Shown here piece after piece: positions 17,373 through 28,172 of a stretch of DNA of 64,000 bases. Position numbers and translations under genes: made by a program. The stretch is from NCBI GenBank assembly GCA_963666345.1, contig OY762721.1, positions 3,680,001-3,744,000 on the forward strand, in the 5' to 3' direction. A model generated the notes under the pieces. It did not search any database. It was given only the letters and a program-made list of their open reading frames with translations, and had not been told where the DNA came from. Origin of the DNA: Desulfatiglandales bacterium. GTDB taxonomy: Bacteria > Desulfobacterota > DSM-4660 > Desulfatiglandales > Desulfatiglandaceae. Position 1 is the first letter of the stretch. Each line of letters starts with the position of its first letter.

Positions 17373-18371
17373 ATGGACTGGAATAAGAGAACTCTTTTTG
17401 AGACATCCGGCAGTTACTGGAAGTCCTGTACACTTCATACCGGTGTTAAACTCGATATCTTTACAATTATCGGAGCCGGCAATAAATCTTCAGCGAAGAT
17501 CGCTGAAAAGATCAAGGGCGATCTGCGCGGGGTATCGGCATTGCTGAATGCCCTCACGGCAATGGAGCTGCTCAAAAAAAATAAAGGCGGATTTTCCAAC
17601 ACAGAGTTTTCAAAACAATTTCTTTCAAAAGACTCTCCCGATTATACTGGATTCATTATTATGCATCATCATCACTTGGTGGCGTCCTGGGCTGAGATGT
17701 CCGAGTCCGTATTAAGCGGGAATCCAAATCGCTCAAGTATGTCCGATACGGATAAAGAGATCGAGCGTGAAAGCTTTTTGATGGGGATGTTTAATATAGC
17801 CAGTGGAAACGCCCCGATCTATTCCGAAATCATAGATTTGAGTGATCGAACACACCTGCTTGATCTGGGGGGCGGGCCTGGAACATACGCCATCCATTTC
17901 TGCCTGAAGAACCCAGGATTAAAGGCAACGGTCTTTGATTATCACACTACCAGGAAATTCGCTGAAAAAACCATCGCCTGTTTTGATCTTTCAGGAAGAA
18001 TCCGATTTAAAGAGGGAAGTTATCTGGATGAAAACAGTGATCTTGGACAGGGATATGATGCGGTATGGCTTTCTCAAATTCTGCACGGAGAAGGGCCGGA
18101 GGATGCGGAAGCAATCGTGGCCAAAGCCGTTAAAGCACTTAAACCGGGCGGGAAGATCCTCATACATGATTTCATACTTGATAACACAATGGACGGCCCA
18201 TTGTTTCCGGCACTGTTTGCCCTGAACATGCTGATTGGTACCGATAAGGGACAGGCCTATTCAGAAGCTCAGCTGCGAAAAATGCTCGAAAGATGCGGCA
18301 TCTCGAATATTCACAGGCTTGATATAAGTTCTCCTAATGATGCCGGGATAATGAGCGGGGTCAAGCCGTGA
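17373..18371 (+). CDS. SAM-dependent O-methyltransferase with dimerisation domain
   Basis: LLDLGGGPG, SQILH and LKPGGK; N-terminal wHTH. Confidence 0.9.
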   Translation: MDWNKRTLFETSGSYWKSCTLHTGVKLDIFTIIGAGNKSSAKIAEKIKGDLRGVSALLNALTAMELLKKNKGGFSNTEFSKQFLSKDSPDYTGFIIMHHHHLVASWAEMSESVLSGNPNRSSMSDTDKEIERESFLMGMFNIASGNAPIYSEIIDLSDRTHLLDLGGGPGTYAIHFCLKNPGLKATVFDYHTTRKFAEKTIACFDLSGRIRFKEGSYLDENSDLGQGYDAVWLSQILHGEGPEDAEAIVAKAVKALKPGGKILIHDFILDNTMDGPLFPALFALNMLIGTDKGQAYSEAQLRKMLERCGISNIHRLDISSPNDAGIMSGVKP

Positions 18372-18490
18372 GAACATTGTAAAATTGGGCGCGGTGTTGT
18401 AATAGGGAGAGGGGACATGCCTTGAAACCTGAATGGGGGATCGAATTGTAAAAACAGGCCCTGTTATTGTAATCCAATCACGGAAAACGG

Positions 18491-18531
18491 TCGCGGTAAT
18501 AAATCCGCGCCCCTCAGCTAAGCCGTTCGGC
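18491..18531 (+). other. Degenerate integron attC-like site
   Basis: cgcgg-loop-ccgcg followed by cccctcagctaagcc-GTTCGGC, 12 nt before the ATG of the next gene. Confidence 0.4.
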
Positions 18532-18543
18532 TAGGAGAATAAT

Positions 18544-19878
18544 ATGAAATCCCGGTACCCTGTATTCGGCCTCCTGATTTTCATTATAACAGGATGTGGC
18601 GGCATAAATTATTCTGAGCAACCAGGCGAGATAGTTGAGCTCTCCCAATATCGTCAAGGAATTTCAAGCACCAGGGTGCTCGCTAAAGCGGAAGAATGGC
18701 GAAATTCCGGGATCAAGGTAATGAAAGGCTCTTCGTACCGAATAACGGCAAAAGGAAAGTGGAAGGGAGGTGCAGCGTGTAACTGGACAGGCCCGGACGG
18801 GGTAGGTGCCCATACTCTTATCTGTCCCAAGAGTTTCCCTGTTGTTGAAGGCTGGACAATGTCAACGCTTATTGCCAAAGTAGGCGAAGATGGTGCACCC
18901 TTTGCCATCGGCGACGAATATATCCTTGAACCCAAAAAAGATGGTGCCCTCCTTTTTCGTATTAATGAATTGTCACGTTTTTGTTATGATAATGAAGGTT
19001 ACATGACGGCTACGACTTCTATGATAGAATATTCAGATTTGCCTCTTCAAAAACAGAATCAAAATTTATCGTCAAATGCGGCAAATAACTGGGCTGTTAT
19101 TATCGGTATTTCCAAATATGAACATTCCGGCGACAATGGCCTGACCGACCTCATTTTCGCGGACGATGACGCAAAGGCCTTTGCCGGTTCTCTCCGTAAT
19201 CTCGGCTGGAATGAAAGCCATATCAAACTTCTGACAAACAAAGAAGCAACCCAAAGAAACATAATGATAGCCCTTGAATCATGGCTGTCAAAAGCCGGAC
19301 CTGATGACCAGATAGTCCTTTTCTGGGCCGGTCACGGCTTTCCTGATCCGGAAGATCCCGAGAAAGTATATTTTGCCTGTTATGATACGGATATGAAAAT
19401 TCCAGCAACCGGTTACCGAATGGATCAGGTAAGAAGAGCACTGGAAGAGAGAAAATCAAAGAATGTCGTCTTGCTTGCCGACACCTGCCACGCCGGGAAA
19501 CTAATCACAAGGGGAGATCAAAGTCGAGGAATATCAATCGTGCCGAATATCAACAAGATGGCCCGTGAACAAAAGATCCCCAAAGGCTGGGTATTCATGG
19601 TAGGTGCCGACACCGACCGGCAGTCAATTGAACACTCATCGTGGGCAAATGGTGCCTTTACTCACTCTCTCATCAAAGGTCTGAACGGTGAAGCAGACGG
19701 TTATCAAAGCATGGGGCCGAAAGACAGTGTTGTTACAATGGGAGAGCTTCGTGCCTATATGAACACCGCAATGCCGGACGAAACACAAAAAGTGCTTGGT
19801 GTGGCCAAACGGCCTGTGATTACCACCAGCACAGGCGATCCGGACATATGGAATCTTACTTTACAAGTGGCGCAATAA
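18544..19878 (+). CDS. Caspase-family (peptidase C14) lipoprotein with an N-terminal beta-rich, lectin-like domain
   Basis: Lipobox ITGC; WAVIIGISKY; catalytic AGHG and DTCH. Confidence 0.85.
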   Translation: MKSRYPVFGLLIFIITGCGGINYSEQPGEIVELSQYRQGISSTRVLAKAEEWRNSGIKVMKGSSYRITAKGKWKGGAACNWTGPDGVGAHTLICPKSFPVVEGWTMSTLIAKVGEDGAPFAIGDEYILEPKKDGALLFRINELSRFCYDNEGYMTATTSMIEYSDLPLQKQNQNLSSNAANNWAVIIGISKYEHSGDNGLTDLIFADDDAKAFAGSLRNLGWNESHIKLLTNKEATQRNIMIALESWLSKAGPDDQIVLFWAGHGFPDPEDPEKVYFACYDTDMKIPATGYRMDQVRRALEERKSKNVVLLADTCHAGKLITRGDQSRGISIVPNINKMAREQKIPKGWVFMVGADTDRQSIEHSSWANGAFTHSLIKGLNGEADGYQSMGPKDSVVTMGELRAYMNTAMPDETQKVLGVAKRPVITTSTGDPDIWNLTLQVAQ

Positions 19879-19912
19879 AACCAACGGATTTCTTCATGTG
19901 GCCCTGTTTAAC

Positions 19913-19936
19913 ACCAACAAATCGGGAGATGATCCC
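19913..19936. repeat. Solo terminal repeat of the 37539-37907 element family
   Basis: Reverse complement gggatcatctcc-N6-gttggt has the same pattern as 37539. Confidence 0.55.
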
Positions 19937-19975
19937 TTAATTTAAATCTATTTAGCCTATGGAGTCACAAAGATT

Positions 19976-20731
19976 ATGACAGCCAAAATGATAGAAGATG
20001 CGTTTGTTGAAAAAAAACCGCTCCCTCTTGCCTCACAAGGCATAAAGGGGCTTACCCTTGAGCAGGCATACGGGGTCCAGGACGAACTTATCCGGCTTAG
20101 ACAAGGCAAGGGCGAAATTGTCATGGGGTACAAGGCGGGCCTTACCACTACCCCTGCGCAGAAGAAGTTCGGGATAAATGAGGCGGTCCGGGGAACCCTT
20201 TTTGAGTCGATGATCAGGCAGCCCGGAACGGTTTACAAAAGGGACTTCTCCCGCATGTTTATTGAAACAGAGATAGGCTTCCGGTTTGAAAAGGAGGTCA
20301 CCGAGCCGGTTAAGGATATTAAATCACTCAAAAGCGCGGTTGTTTCTGTTTTCCCGGCCATAGAGCTTCCGGATCTGTCCTACACGGACATGAATCTGGC
20401 CAAGGGCTGCGACATTATCGCAAGCAATGTGGCGGCGCGCACTGTGCTGATCGGTAAGGAGGTGGCGAAAGGGGCAAAAGAGCTTAATGAAGTAAACGTA
20501 ACACTCTTTCATAACGGCAGGGAGGTCGGAAGCGGCATAGGCTCAAACGCCCTGGGTGATCAATGGGGCGCGCTTAAATGGACGGTTAACTCGGCGGTTT
20601 CAGGGGGTGGAAAGATCAAAAGCGGCTATATCGTCATTACAGGTTCTCTTACCCAGCCTATGCCGGCCGAAGCAGGCATGTATCTGGCCGATTACGGGGA
20701 TTTCGGCACCATAGAGTTTGAATTCAAATAA
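19976..20731 (+). CDS. 2-keto-4-pentenoate hydratase / FAH-family protein (possibly 5'-truncated)
   Basis: AYGVQ, GYKAGLT, IETEIGF, PAIELPD and ITGSL. Confidence 0.85.
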   Translation: MTAKMIEDAFVEKKPLPLASQGIKGLTLEQAYGVQDELIRLRQGKGEIVMGYKAGLTTTPAQKKFGINEAVRGTLFESMIRQPGTVYKRDFSRMFIETEIGFRFEKEVTEPVKDIKSLKSAVVSVFPAIELPDLSYTDMNLAKGCDIIASNVAARTVLIGKEVAKGAKELNEVNVTLFHNGREVGSGIGSNALGDQWGALKWTVNSAVSGGGKIKSGYIVITGSLTQPMPAEAGMYLADYGDFGTIEFEFK

Positions 20732-20893
20732 GAGGATCAGACCTCTTCCTGGAAGATATAACGGCCTGATTTAGTGTTTGTACTGCAACTCCCATGGAGG
20801 CGGCCTGTGAGTATAGAGCGGCATAAGGCCTGAAACATGCCTTATGCCGCTGATTGCAGGTTAAACCCCATGATCCGGTGTGACAGGAGGGTG

Positions 20894-21595
20894 CTATCCT
20901 GCCAGAAGATCGGCCAGCTCCGTGAAGTCCTTTACCGTGGCATCCGGTTTGAGCGGCGAGGGCTCGTAGGGCAATCCGGAGCGGTTCACGTACACGGCCC
21001 TGAATCCGCAATGACGGGCCCCAAGTACGTCGAAGGAATTGGAGGAGATCATGCAGCAATTCGCAGGTTCAAGGTCCATCTCCTTCATTGCTGCGCGATA
21101 GACCGAAGGGTGAGGCTTGAAACGGCCCACCTTGGTTACGGAAAATATATAATCGAAATCCCACTGTATCCGGCTTTTGGCCAGGTGTTCGAGAAACGCG
21201 GGATCTCCGTTTGATAGTGCCATGAGCGTGAATTTCCCGGCAAGACGCGGGAGCGCTTCCTTTACCTCGGGGAAGGGGGAAAGCTGCTGCCATGCGGCCA
21301 TCAGTTCGTCGATTTCTTCCGTGGATGAATCAATCGCTTCAAGCGCGAGCGTGTATTCAAGCGCCCTGCGGGAGGTGGCCAGATAGCCGCTGTGACCTAC
21401 CATGAACATGCTGTCCTGGTACTGTTCCAGTCGCTGTCTTGCTCGCCATTTGCCCCAGAATTGATCGGGTGTGAGCGGACTGCCCTTTTTTTTGAGGACT
21501 GCTCCGATTGCAGGGGCGAGACTTCCCCCCAGGTCCAGTACGGTCCCGAAAAGATCAAAGGTAAGTGCCTTTACGTCCTTCGTAAAACTATCCAC
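20894..21595 (-). CDS. Type II haloacid dehalogenase (HAD)
   Basis: FDLFGTVLD, LSNG, FKPHP and SSNSFD. Confidence 0.9.
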   Translation of the reverse strand: MDSFTKDVKALTFDLFGTVLDLGGSLAPAIGAVLKKKGSPLTPDQFWGKWRARQRLEQYQDSMFMVGHSGYLATSRRALEYTLALEAIDSSTEEIDELMAAWQQLSPFPEVKEALPRLAGKFTLMALSNGDPAFLEHLAKSRIQWDFDYIFSVTKVGRFKPHPSVYRAAMKEMDLEPANCCMISSNSFDVLGARHCGFRAVYVNRSGLPYEPSPLKPDATVKDFTELADLLAG

Positions 21596-21631
21596 AATTC
21601 ACTCCTTAAACAAGTAGGTTAGAGAACTTCT

Positions 21632-23038
21632 TTACCTTTTAACATCAAATAAAGGTACGATAATATTATAATATGGTATCTCTCCTCCTGCATCCTCTTC
21701 CAGAATCTTCCAGAATTTATCAATCAGGGCAGGATTTGATTCGGCTATGTTATTATTATAATCGGGATCCACTGCCAGGTCGTACAACTCTGTTTCAGTC
21801 CTGTTTATTCGTGAGACCATTGCATGATGTTCATCACGGATCCACACATAGTCCTTAAAGATCGTATCTACGTGATCACGGATACCCGAGCGACTGCCTT
21901 CCACCAACGGCCAGAGGTCTTCACCCTCCGCCCACGGGGGTACATCCTCTCCCAGTAGATTACATACCGTGGGAAGGATATCATGGTTATAGACAAATTC
22001 ATCCACCGAGTGGCCTGCACCTTTACCTTCCGGATGCCTGATAAAGAGGGCAAGGTCCAGTATGCAAGGCATGAGTCCGAAGGCGAGTTTTCCTGTGAAA
22101 TCCTTTTCTCCAAGCTGATGCCCATGGTCAGACATCACGACGATAACGCTGTTTTTATCAAGTCCCAGCTGTATAATCTTATTCATAAAGTGACCAAACC
22201 AGAAGTCAACCATGGTCACCTCACCTGCATAAAGCGCCCTCATATGTGCAAGTTCCTCCTTGCTAAGATAGCTGGAGGCACGATTTGTATAGATCGGAAT
22301 CAGCGCTTCAGTTCCCTCATAGCCAGGGTCGTACATATCTCGGTAGTATTGAGGAGGGTCCCATGGCTCGTGTGGATCAAAGCAGTCAACACACATGAAA
22401 AAATTGTCTCTTTTATAGTTCTGCTCCAGCCATGACATTGCAGCTCTGAATACCCTAGGTGCGAAATAATCCTCTTCCGATTGGCGTGAATCCACATTCA
22501 GAAGATATCTCTGAAGTTCCCAAATTTTTTGATGGCTCCTATCTACCCCTTCGGTGCAGTGCAAGGTTTCATCAACTTGATGCTGGATAAGCCCGGTCAT
22601 AACTGGGTCCCACTCCTGACCTCTTATCCAGTTCCAGGAGGAATAACCTCTATGAAAATTCATTCCAGGATAAAATTGATGAAATACATCGGTAAAAAGA
22701 GCTGTTTCATAGCCGTATGATCCAAACAATTCGGCCATGGAGGTATCCTCAGGAAGCAAAGGAGTCCACCCTGGAACACCGGCCAGACCTATCGTGTTAA
22801 GCTTAGTATATGGATAACTACTAAACATTGGTTCCCAATCCCTAATTGGGAAGACGCGTTTGCCGGTCAGAAGAGACCGTCGAAAAGGTATCGTTGGCAT
22901 AATTTCCGGGTACGCTCTGTCGAATCGTACACTTTCCTGTGCGAAATTGTCCAAAAAAGGAGTCCTTATCCATTGGTTTCCATACGCTCCAAGGTGATCT
23001 TTTCTTAGGCTGTCAATAATGACTAGAATGAAATTCAT
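21632..23038 (-). CDS. Sulfatase-family (alkaline phosphatase superfamily) hydrolase
   Basis: IDSLRKDH, TIPFRRSLLTG, DPHEPW, SDHG and ELYDL..DP. Confidence 0.9.
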   Translation of the reverse strand: MNFILVIIDSLRKDHLGAYGNQWIRTPFLDNFAQESVRFDRAYPEIMPTIPFRRSLLTGKRVFPIRDWEPMFSSYPYTKLNTIGLAGVPGWTPLLPEDTSMAELFGSYGYETALFTDVFHQFYPGMNFHRGYSSWNWIRGQEWDPVMTGLIQHQVDETLHCTEGVDRSHQKIWELQRYLLNVDSRQSEEDYFAPRVFRAAMSWLEQNYKRDNFFMCVDCFDPHEPWDPPQYYRDMYDPGYEGTEALIPIYTNRASSYLSKEELAHMRALYAGEVTMVDFWFGHFMNKIIQLGLDKNSVIVVMSDHGHQLGEKDFTGKLAFGLMPCILDLALFIRHPEGKGAGHSVDEFVYNHDILPTVCNLLGEDVPPWAEGEDLWPLVEGSRSGIRDHVDTIFKDYVWIRDEHHAMVSRINRTETELYDLAVDPDYNNNIAESNPALIDKFWKILEEDAGGEIPYYNIIVPLFDVKR

Positions 23039-23115
23039 CTATTTCCTCCGGTGAATTTTTTTGGAATTGCGATCATAAGATAGAAAACTTGTATGCCAGT
23101 CAAATTTATACCATT

Positions 23116-24648
23116 TTAATTCTTATCGGAAGTGGTTACGTCGACATCGCATTCCTGAGGTGACTTCAGTTTCTGAAAGCTCCTTATAGAGGTGAATATC
23201 ACAGCGGCAAGTAGGAAAAACAGGACAACGGATATAGGCCTTGCTATAACGTAGGTTAGAAGACTGATTTCCCTTGCATGCGTAATTACCAGGGTCTGTC
23301 TGAGACCCTCCTCTCCGATAGGTCCCAGTATTATGCCAAGAACAATAGGTGCCACCGGCATATTCAACCATTTCAGAGCAACTCCAAGTATTCCAAAACA
23401 TACAGCGAGCAAAATATCAAAAGAACTGTTTCTAATGGAATAGGCTCCCATGAAGCATAGAAGCAAGACAATAGGTACAAGATACTTGAAGTTCAGCTTC
23501 ATAACTTTTGAAAAATATTCTGCCCCAAGAGCCCCAATTATTCCCATGAATATAACAGTGAGAAGCATGCCGAACATAAAGTTGTAAACCACATCAGGAT
23601 TCGACATGAAAAGACGGGGTCCGGGTATAAGTCCATGGATGGTAAGGGCTCCGTATAAAATGGCAGTTGTACATGACCCTGGAATCCCCAGAGCCAGTAG
23701 GGGCACTAGTGCTCCTCCTACCGATGCGTTATTAGCACTTTCAGCGGCAATGATCCCCTCAGGGTTCCCTTTCCCGAACAGTTCAGGGTGGCTTGAGCTT
23801 CGCTTCGCTTCACCGTATGCTATAAAGGAGGCCACTGCGGCACCTGCCCCAGGCATGATACCGATTATTGTACCGAGCGCAGAAGTTTTCGCCAGGAGAA
23901 CAGCCCCTTTGCGAAAAATATCTCTTATGACCCTAGCAAGGGACGTGCGCTTCATTGGGACTTCGACAAGAGACATGCCGTGGGTGCGCATGGACTGGCT
24001 TATCATCTCGCTTATGGCAAATAGACCAACGAGAGCAGGGATAAGAGGTATACCTGATTCGAGGTTTTCAATTCCGAAGGTAAGTCTGACATCACCGGTC
24101 ATGATGTCCGGGCCAACCATACTTATTAGAACTCCCAGCGCACCTGCGGCAATTCCCTTGAACATATTTTCACCGGCGAGTACGCCTATAATTGCCAGTC
24201 CCGCTGCTGCAAGAAGAAACATTTCAGGCGGGCCGAACTTGAGAGCGAACCTTGCCAGCATGGGAGCGAACAGGATGAGAGTCACTACCCCTATTACGCC
24301 ACCAAAAACGCTTGATACAAGTGATACATAAAGAGCCTCTTTACTTCTTCCCTGTTGAGCAAGAGGGAATCCGTCCAGTGCAGTTGCCGCAGCGTAGGAC
24401 GTCCCCGGCGCATTAAGGAGAATGGCCGATACAGACCCACCGAAGGAGGATCCCATGTAAATGCCCCCAAGCATGAGAAGCCCCCCGGCTGGGTCCAGGT
24501 TAAAAGTAAAGGGCAACAGAAGTGCGACCCCAGTGGGCCCGCTGAGTCCGGGAAGAATTCCGATAAAAACGCCTCCAAGAGTCCCCAAAAAGATGAGGAT
24601 TAATTCTCGAACCCCTAACACATAGGATAAAATACCAAGGATATCCAT
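23116..24648 (-). CDS. tctA: Tripartite tricarboxylate transporter permease TctA
   Basis: GILPGLSG, ILLNAPG, AAESANNA and LGIPGS. Confidence 0.95.
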   Translation of the reverse strand: MDILGILSYVLGVRELILIFLGTLGGVFIGILPGLSGPTGVALLLPFTFNLDPAGGLLMLGGIYMGSSFGGSVSAILLNAPGTSYAAATALDGFPLAQQGRSKEALYVSLVSSVFGGVIGVVTLILFAPMLARFALKFGPPEMFLLAAAGLAIIGVLAGENMFKGIAAGALGVLISMVGPDIMTGDVRLTFGIENLESGIPLIPALVGLFAISEMISQSMRTHGMSLVEVPMKRTSLARVIRDIFRKGAVLLAKTSALGTIIGIMPGAGAAVASFIAYGEAKRSSSHPELFGKGNPEGIIAAESANNASVGGALVPLLALGIPGSCTTAILYGALTIHGLIPGPRLFMSNPDVVYNFMFGMLLTVIFMGIIGALGAEYFSKVMKLNFKYLVPIVLLLCFMGAYSIRNSSFDILLAVCFGILGVALKWLNMPVAPIVLGIILGPIGEEGLRQTLVITHAREISLLTYVIARPISVVLFFLLAAVIFTSIRSFQKLKSPQECDVDVTTSDKN

Positions 24649-24678
24649 ACTGATTGCCCCTTGAAAATTAATTACAGC

Positions 24679-25659
24679 TTACTTCTTCTTTCGTAGAAAA
24701 TTGCCCTTATTCTCCTTAACTGCCTTGGTAACTTGCGCATTGGTATCATTGACATAGGAAACAAGAGCGTCTTCGCTCAGGAAATGGTATACCTCACCCA
24801 GATTTTCAATTTTGGCTCTGAGTTCTTTTTCTTCGGCTGCTTTGTTACATGCCTCGGTCAGGACTTTGACCACATCCTCTGGAGTGCCTTTCGGGGCCAC
24901 AAGAATCCTGGACTGCATTACTTTCAAGTTGTAACCTTTTTCTTTGAAGGTTGGGCTGTTAGGAAGCTTTGGAACACGTTCATCTCCAGCCACTCCTATT
25001 ACGGGGAAGCCTTGACTCTCCGCAACCACTCCGAATTGAGTTGCAATCATTGCCGCGTCAACGTGCCCTCCCAGAAGTCCATTCAATGCCTTCGAGCCTG
25101 ATTTGTAGAACACCGGAGTTACCTTGATTCCTGCTTCGTTTTGGAGAAAAACGGTTGCCAATGTATGAGAGTCGGCCGCCATTGATACGGTAATTTTACC
25201 AGGATTTTTTTTGGCATATGCTATAAATCCTTCAAGGTCCTTGAGTGGTCCGTCCTTCTTCGCGATGAGAACAACAGGGGATTTGGTGTAGCTCGCTATA
25301 TATATGAATTCCGAGGCGTTATATTTTACCTCTTTGTATACTTCCAAGGCAGTAGAGTCAGGATAGGCGAGCACACCGAGCATGTACCCTTCCGGCTTCG
25401 CATTAAATATTGCTGTGTTTCCAATCTCACCGCGAGCACCTGGTTTGTTGACGATAATTACAGGTTTTCCTATTGTTTTTTCAACAAAACTGAGAAAAAG
25501 TCTCGCCTGGGTATCTGTACCTCCGCCTGCCCCATAAGGCACTATAACGGAAATATTCTTTCTGGGATAATCTGTAGCCGTTGCTGACTGCAGACCGCAA
25601 ATAAAAACAATACAAGCTACGCAGGCAAAAACTAAGAGTTTCATCAAACCATTTTTCAT
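24679..25659 (-). CDS. tctC: Tripartite tricarboxylate transporter substrate-binding protein (TctC/Bug)
   Basis: Signal peptide, YPRKNISVIVPYGAGGGTD, NKPGA and PTFKE. Confidence 0.93.
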   Translation of the reverse strand: MKNGLMKLLVFACVACIVFICGLQSATATDYPRKNISVIVPYGAGGGTDTQARLFLSFVEKTIGKPVIIVNKPGARGEIGNTAIFNAKPEGYMLGVLAYPDSTALEVYKEVKYNASEFIYIASYTKSPVVLIAKKDGPLKDLEGFIAYAKKNPGKITVSMAADSHTLATVFLQNEAGIKVTPVFYKSGSKALNGLLGGHVDAAMIATQFGVVAESQGFPVIGVAGDERVPKLPNSPTFKEKGYNLKVMQSRILVAPKGTPEDVVKVLTEACNKAAEEKELRAKIENLGEVYHFLSEDALVSYVNDTNAQVTKAVKENKGNFLRKKK

Positions 25660-25936
25660 TTTTCATCTCCTTTGTTTAGGGGTCATGCCAATAGGCCATC
25701 GGGTGTCATCAGCCTAAGGGCTCGATAAAATAAAACATACAGCAGAAGATTCAGTATTAGACTGAAAATGACTGCCTTTATAACGGTTTTTATCTGAACA
25801 GGACGATCAAAAAAAAGAAAGAATGCAATAGCATGTCAATAGGCGTTGAAAATTGACCCATCATCGGCGTCCAAAATTGACCCACCCCTGAGAAAAAAAT
25901 ATGGTTAAATAGTTGAGTAGTTGATCCCTTCTTTAT

Positions 25937-26668
25937 CTATGAAGCTGCGTGTTTCATTCTCCAGCTTTCGTTACCTGTTTCTATAATTTCACAATGATGA
26001 GTCAATCGATCAAGCATGGCCGTAGTCATCTTTTTATCTCCAAAGACTTGGGGCCATTCACCGAAGGTCAAGTTGGTGGTAATCACTATGGATGTCTGTT
26101 CGTAGAGTTTTGATATAAGATGAAAGAGCAGTTGACTGCCGTTTTTGGAAAAAGGCAGATAACCCAGTTCATCGAGGACCACAAGATCAAATCGAAGTAG
26201 TCTTGCTGTGATTTTGCCGGCCAATCCAATCATTTTTTCCTGCTCAAGCTCATTTGCCAGATCCACCAGGTTATAAAACTTGCACTTCCTGCCATTCCTT
26301 ATGGCCTGGGCCGCTATAGTTATGGCTAAATGGGTTTTGCCCGTACCGGTGCCACCTACAAAAATCAGGTTGATATGTTCGGCTATAAAATCACCCTGAT
26401 AAATAGACCTAATCTGGGCTTCATCAACACAGGCCCCGTTAAAATCAAAGCCATCGATATCTTTAAGGACAGGAAACCTGGCCTGTCCCATACGATATCG
26501 GATACTCCTTATATATCTTTCGGCAGCTTCAGCCTTGAGCAGTTCCAGGATTACCTTTTCAGGAGTTGAATGGGTCTTGCGTCCATTGGAGACAACTTCA
26601 TCATAAATGGACTGCATACCCCGCAACTTTAGTTTTTCCATATGGTCCATGATATCATTGCGCAGCAT
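25937..26668 (-). CDS. istB: IS21 helper ATPase IstB
   Basis: [14 protein letters not shown] and LDRLTHH. Confidence 0.97.
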   Translation of the reverse strand: MLRNDIMDHMEKLKLRGMQSIYDEVVSNGRKTHSTPEKVILELLKAEAAERYIRSIRYRMGQARFPVLKDIDGFDFNGACVDEAQIRSIYQGDFIAEHINLIFVGGTGTGKTHLAITIAAQAIRNGRKCKFYNLVDLANELEQEKMIGLAGKITARLLRFDLVVLDELGYLPFSKNGSQLLFHLISKLYEQTSIVITTNLTFGEWPQVFGDKKMTTAMLDRLTHHCEIIETGNESWRMKHAAS

Positions 26669-28172
26669 GGTATCCCTCCCTTACCAAACGTTCATAGCGG
26701 TGGCAGTCTGCTATGGGCTCTTGCTTGAGAATCAGATGGGAGGGGATACCCAAATCAGGCGTGCAATCCTGATCCTGATCCCTGTTTAAAAGATTGAGAA
26801 CCACCTCTTTACTTACGGCCCTGATCTCTAGGGCCTCCTTACAGGCTTTACTTACAGCCTCAAGTCCGTAGAAAGGGACAGCATTTAGAATGGCCACAAA
26901 CTGACGGTCCCAGTCGGAAAAACGGTTTTGAAGCCCATTAAGGACGCCTTGCACAGGATGAGGAAGTTGCCAGTCTTTAAAGGGTGCTCCATTACGGAGA
27001 GCCCCGGGCTTACGTTCAAGGACCGGGACATAATGCCAGGGATTAAAAATAGTCTTGTTCTTTCCAAAATGCCTATCATGCTCTCCTACGATACAACCGT
27101 TATTTACTATCACTATCCGATCGGCATATACTCTCATATAGACCGCTTTACCCACCTGGCTGCAATTAACGCTGTATCGGTTCCGGTCATAGGTTACAAG
27201 TGAGCTGGGGGTAACCCTGGCTGGACGTTGTGCATATCCATCAAAGGGAGGTGGTAGATTTATCAGATAGGGTCTCTCTTCACTGTAGACCTGCCAAACC
27301 GTCTTATCAGATATTGTTGGATGCTTACGGGTCTTTGCCCAGGTGATGCATTGTTCTCTAAGCAGCTCGTTTAGGTGTGTGAAATCCCTGGCCTTGATTC
27401 GGGGAGTGAAAAATCTCCTTCTGACCACACCTACCTGGTTTTCCACCTGACCCTTTTCCCAGCCTGCAGCAGGGGTGCAGCTTACCGGTTCAAATAAATA
27501 ATGGGAACACAGTTGGCTGAAGCGGCTGTTGAACTGTCTTTCCCTTCCTCCCAGGATCTTGTTAACCACTGTTTTGAGATTGTCATATATGCCTTTACGG
27601 CAAACTCCTCCAAAAAACTCAAAGGCCCTGATATGGGCATCAAACACCATCTCCTGGGTCTCTCTGGGGTAGGCAATACAAAGGAAGTAGCGGCTGTGAC
27701 ATAACCTTATATGTGCGACCTTTGCCTTTACTCTGCTTCCGTCCAGATCTACCCACTCATGACTCCAGTCAAACTGAAAGGCTTCTGCAGGATCAAATAC
27801 CAAAGGTATAAATACCTCCTTTGGCAAGCTCCTTTGATCCTGGTGCCATCTTTGAACATATCTCCTTACGCTGTCATAGCCACCTTCGTAGCCGTTGAGT
27901 TGCAGCTCTTCAAAAAGTATCTGGGCTGTCCTGCGCAGTTTTCTGGGCAGTTTCTCATCTTCTTCCAGAAAGCCTTTCAGCATGTCTATAAACGGTCCTA
28001 GCTTGGGTCTCGGCTGGTTGCTTCGTTCGTACTGAAAAGATGTTTCTCCGCTCCTTATCGCCTTTTTTACTGTATTTTTGCTAAGGCGCAGATCCTTCGC
28101 TGTCTGACGTATGGATTTGCCATCTCTGAGAACAGCTAATCGTATCTTACGGATTGTTTCCACTGTGAGCAT
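26655..28172 (-). CDS. istA: IS21 transposase IstA
   Basis: QFDW, YDNLK and WEKGQVE (DDE triad). Confidence 0.97.
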   Translation of the reverse strand: MLTVETIRKIRLAVLRDGKSIRQTAKDLRLSKNTVKKAIRSGETSFQYERSNQPRPKLGPFIDMLKGFLEEDEKLPRKLRRTAQILFEELQLNGYEGGYDSVRRYVQRWHQDQRSLPKEVFIPLVFDPAEAFQFDWSHEWVDLDGSRVKAKVAHIRLCHSRYFLCIAYPRETQEMVFDAHIRAFEFFGGVCRKGIYDNLKTVVNKILGGRERQFNSRFSQLCSHYLFEPVSCTPAAGWEKGQVENQVGVVRRRFFTPRIKARDFTHLNELLREQCITWAKTRKHPTISDKTVWQVYSEERPYLINLPPPFDGYAQRPARVTPSSLVTYDRNRYSVNCSQVGKAVYMRVYADRIVIVNNGCIVGEHDRHFGKNKTIFNPWHYVPVLERKPGALRNGAPFKDWQLPHPVQGVLNGLQNRFSDWDRQFVAILNAVPFYGLEAVSKACKEALEIRAVSKEVVLNLLNRDQDQDCTPDLGIPSHLILKQEPIADCHRYERLVREGYHAAQ

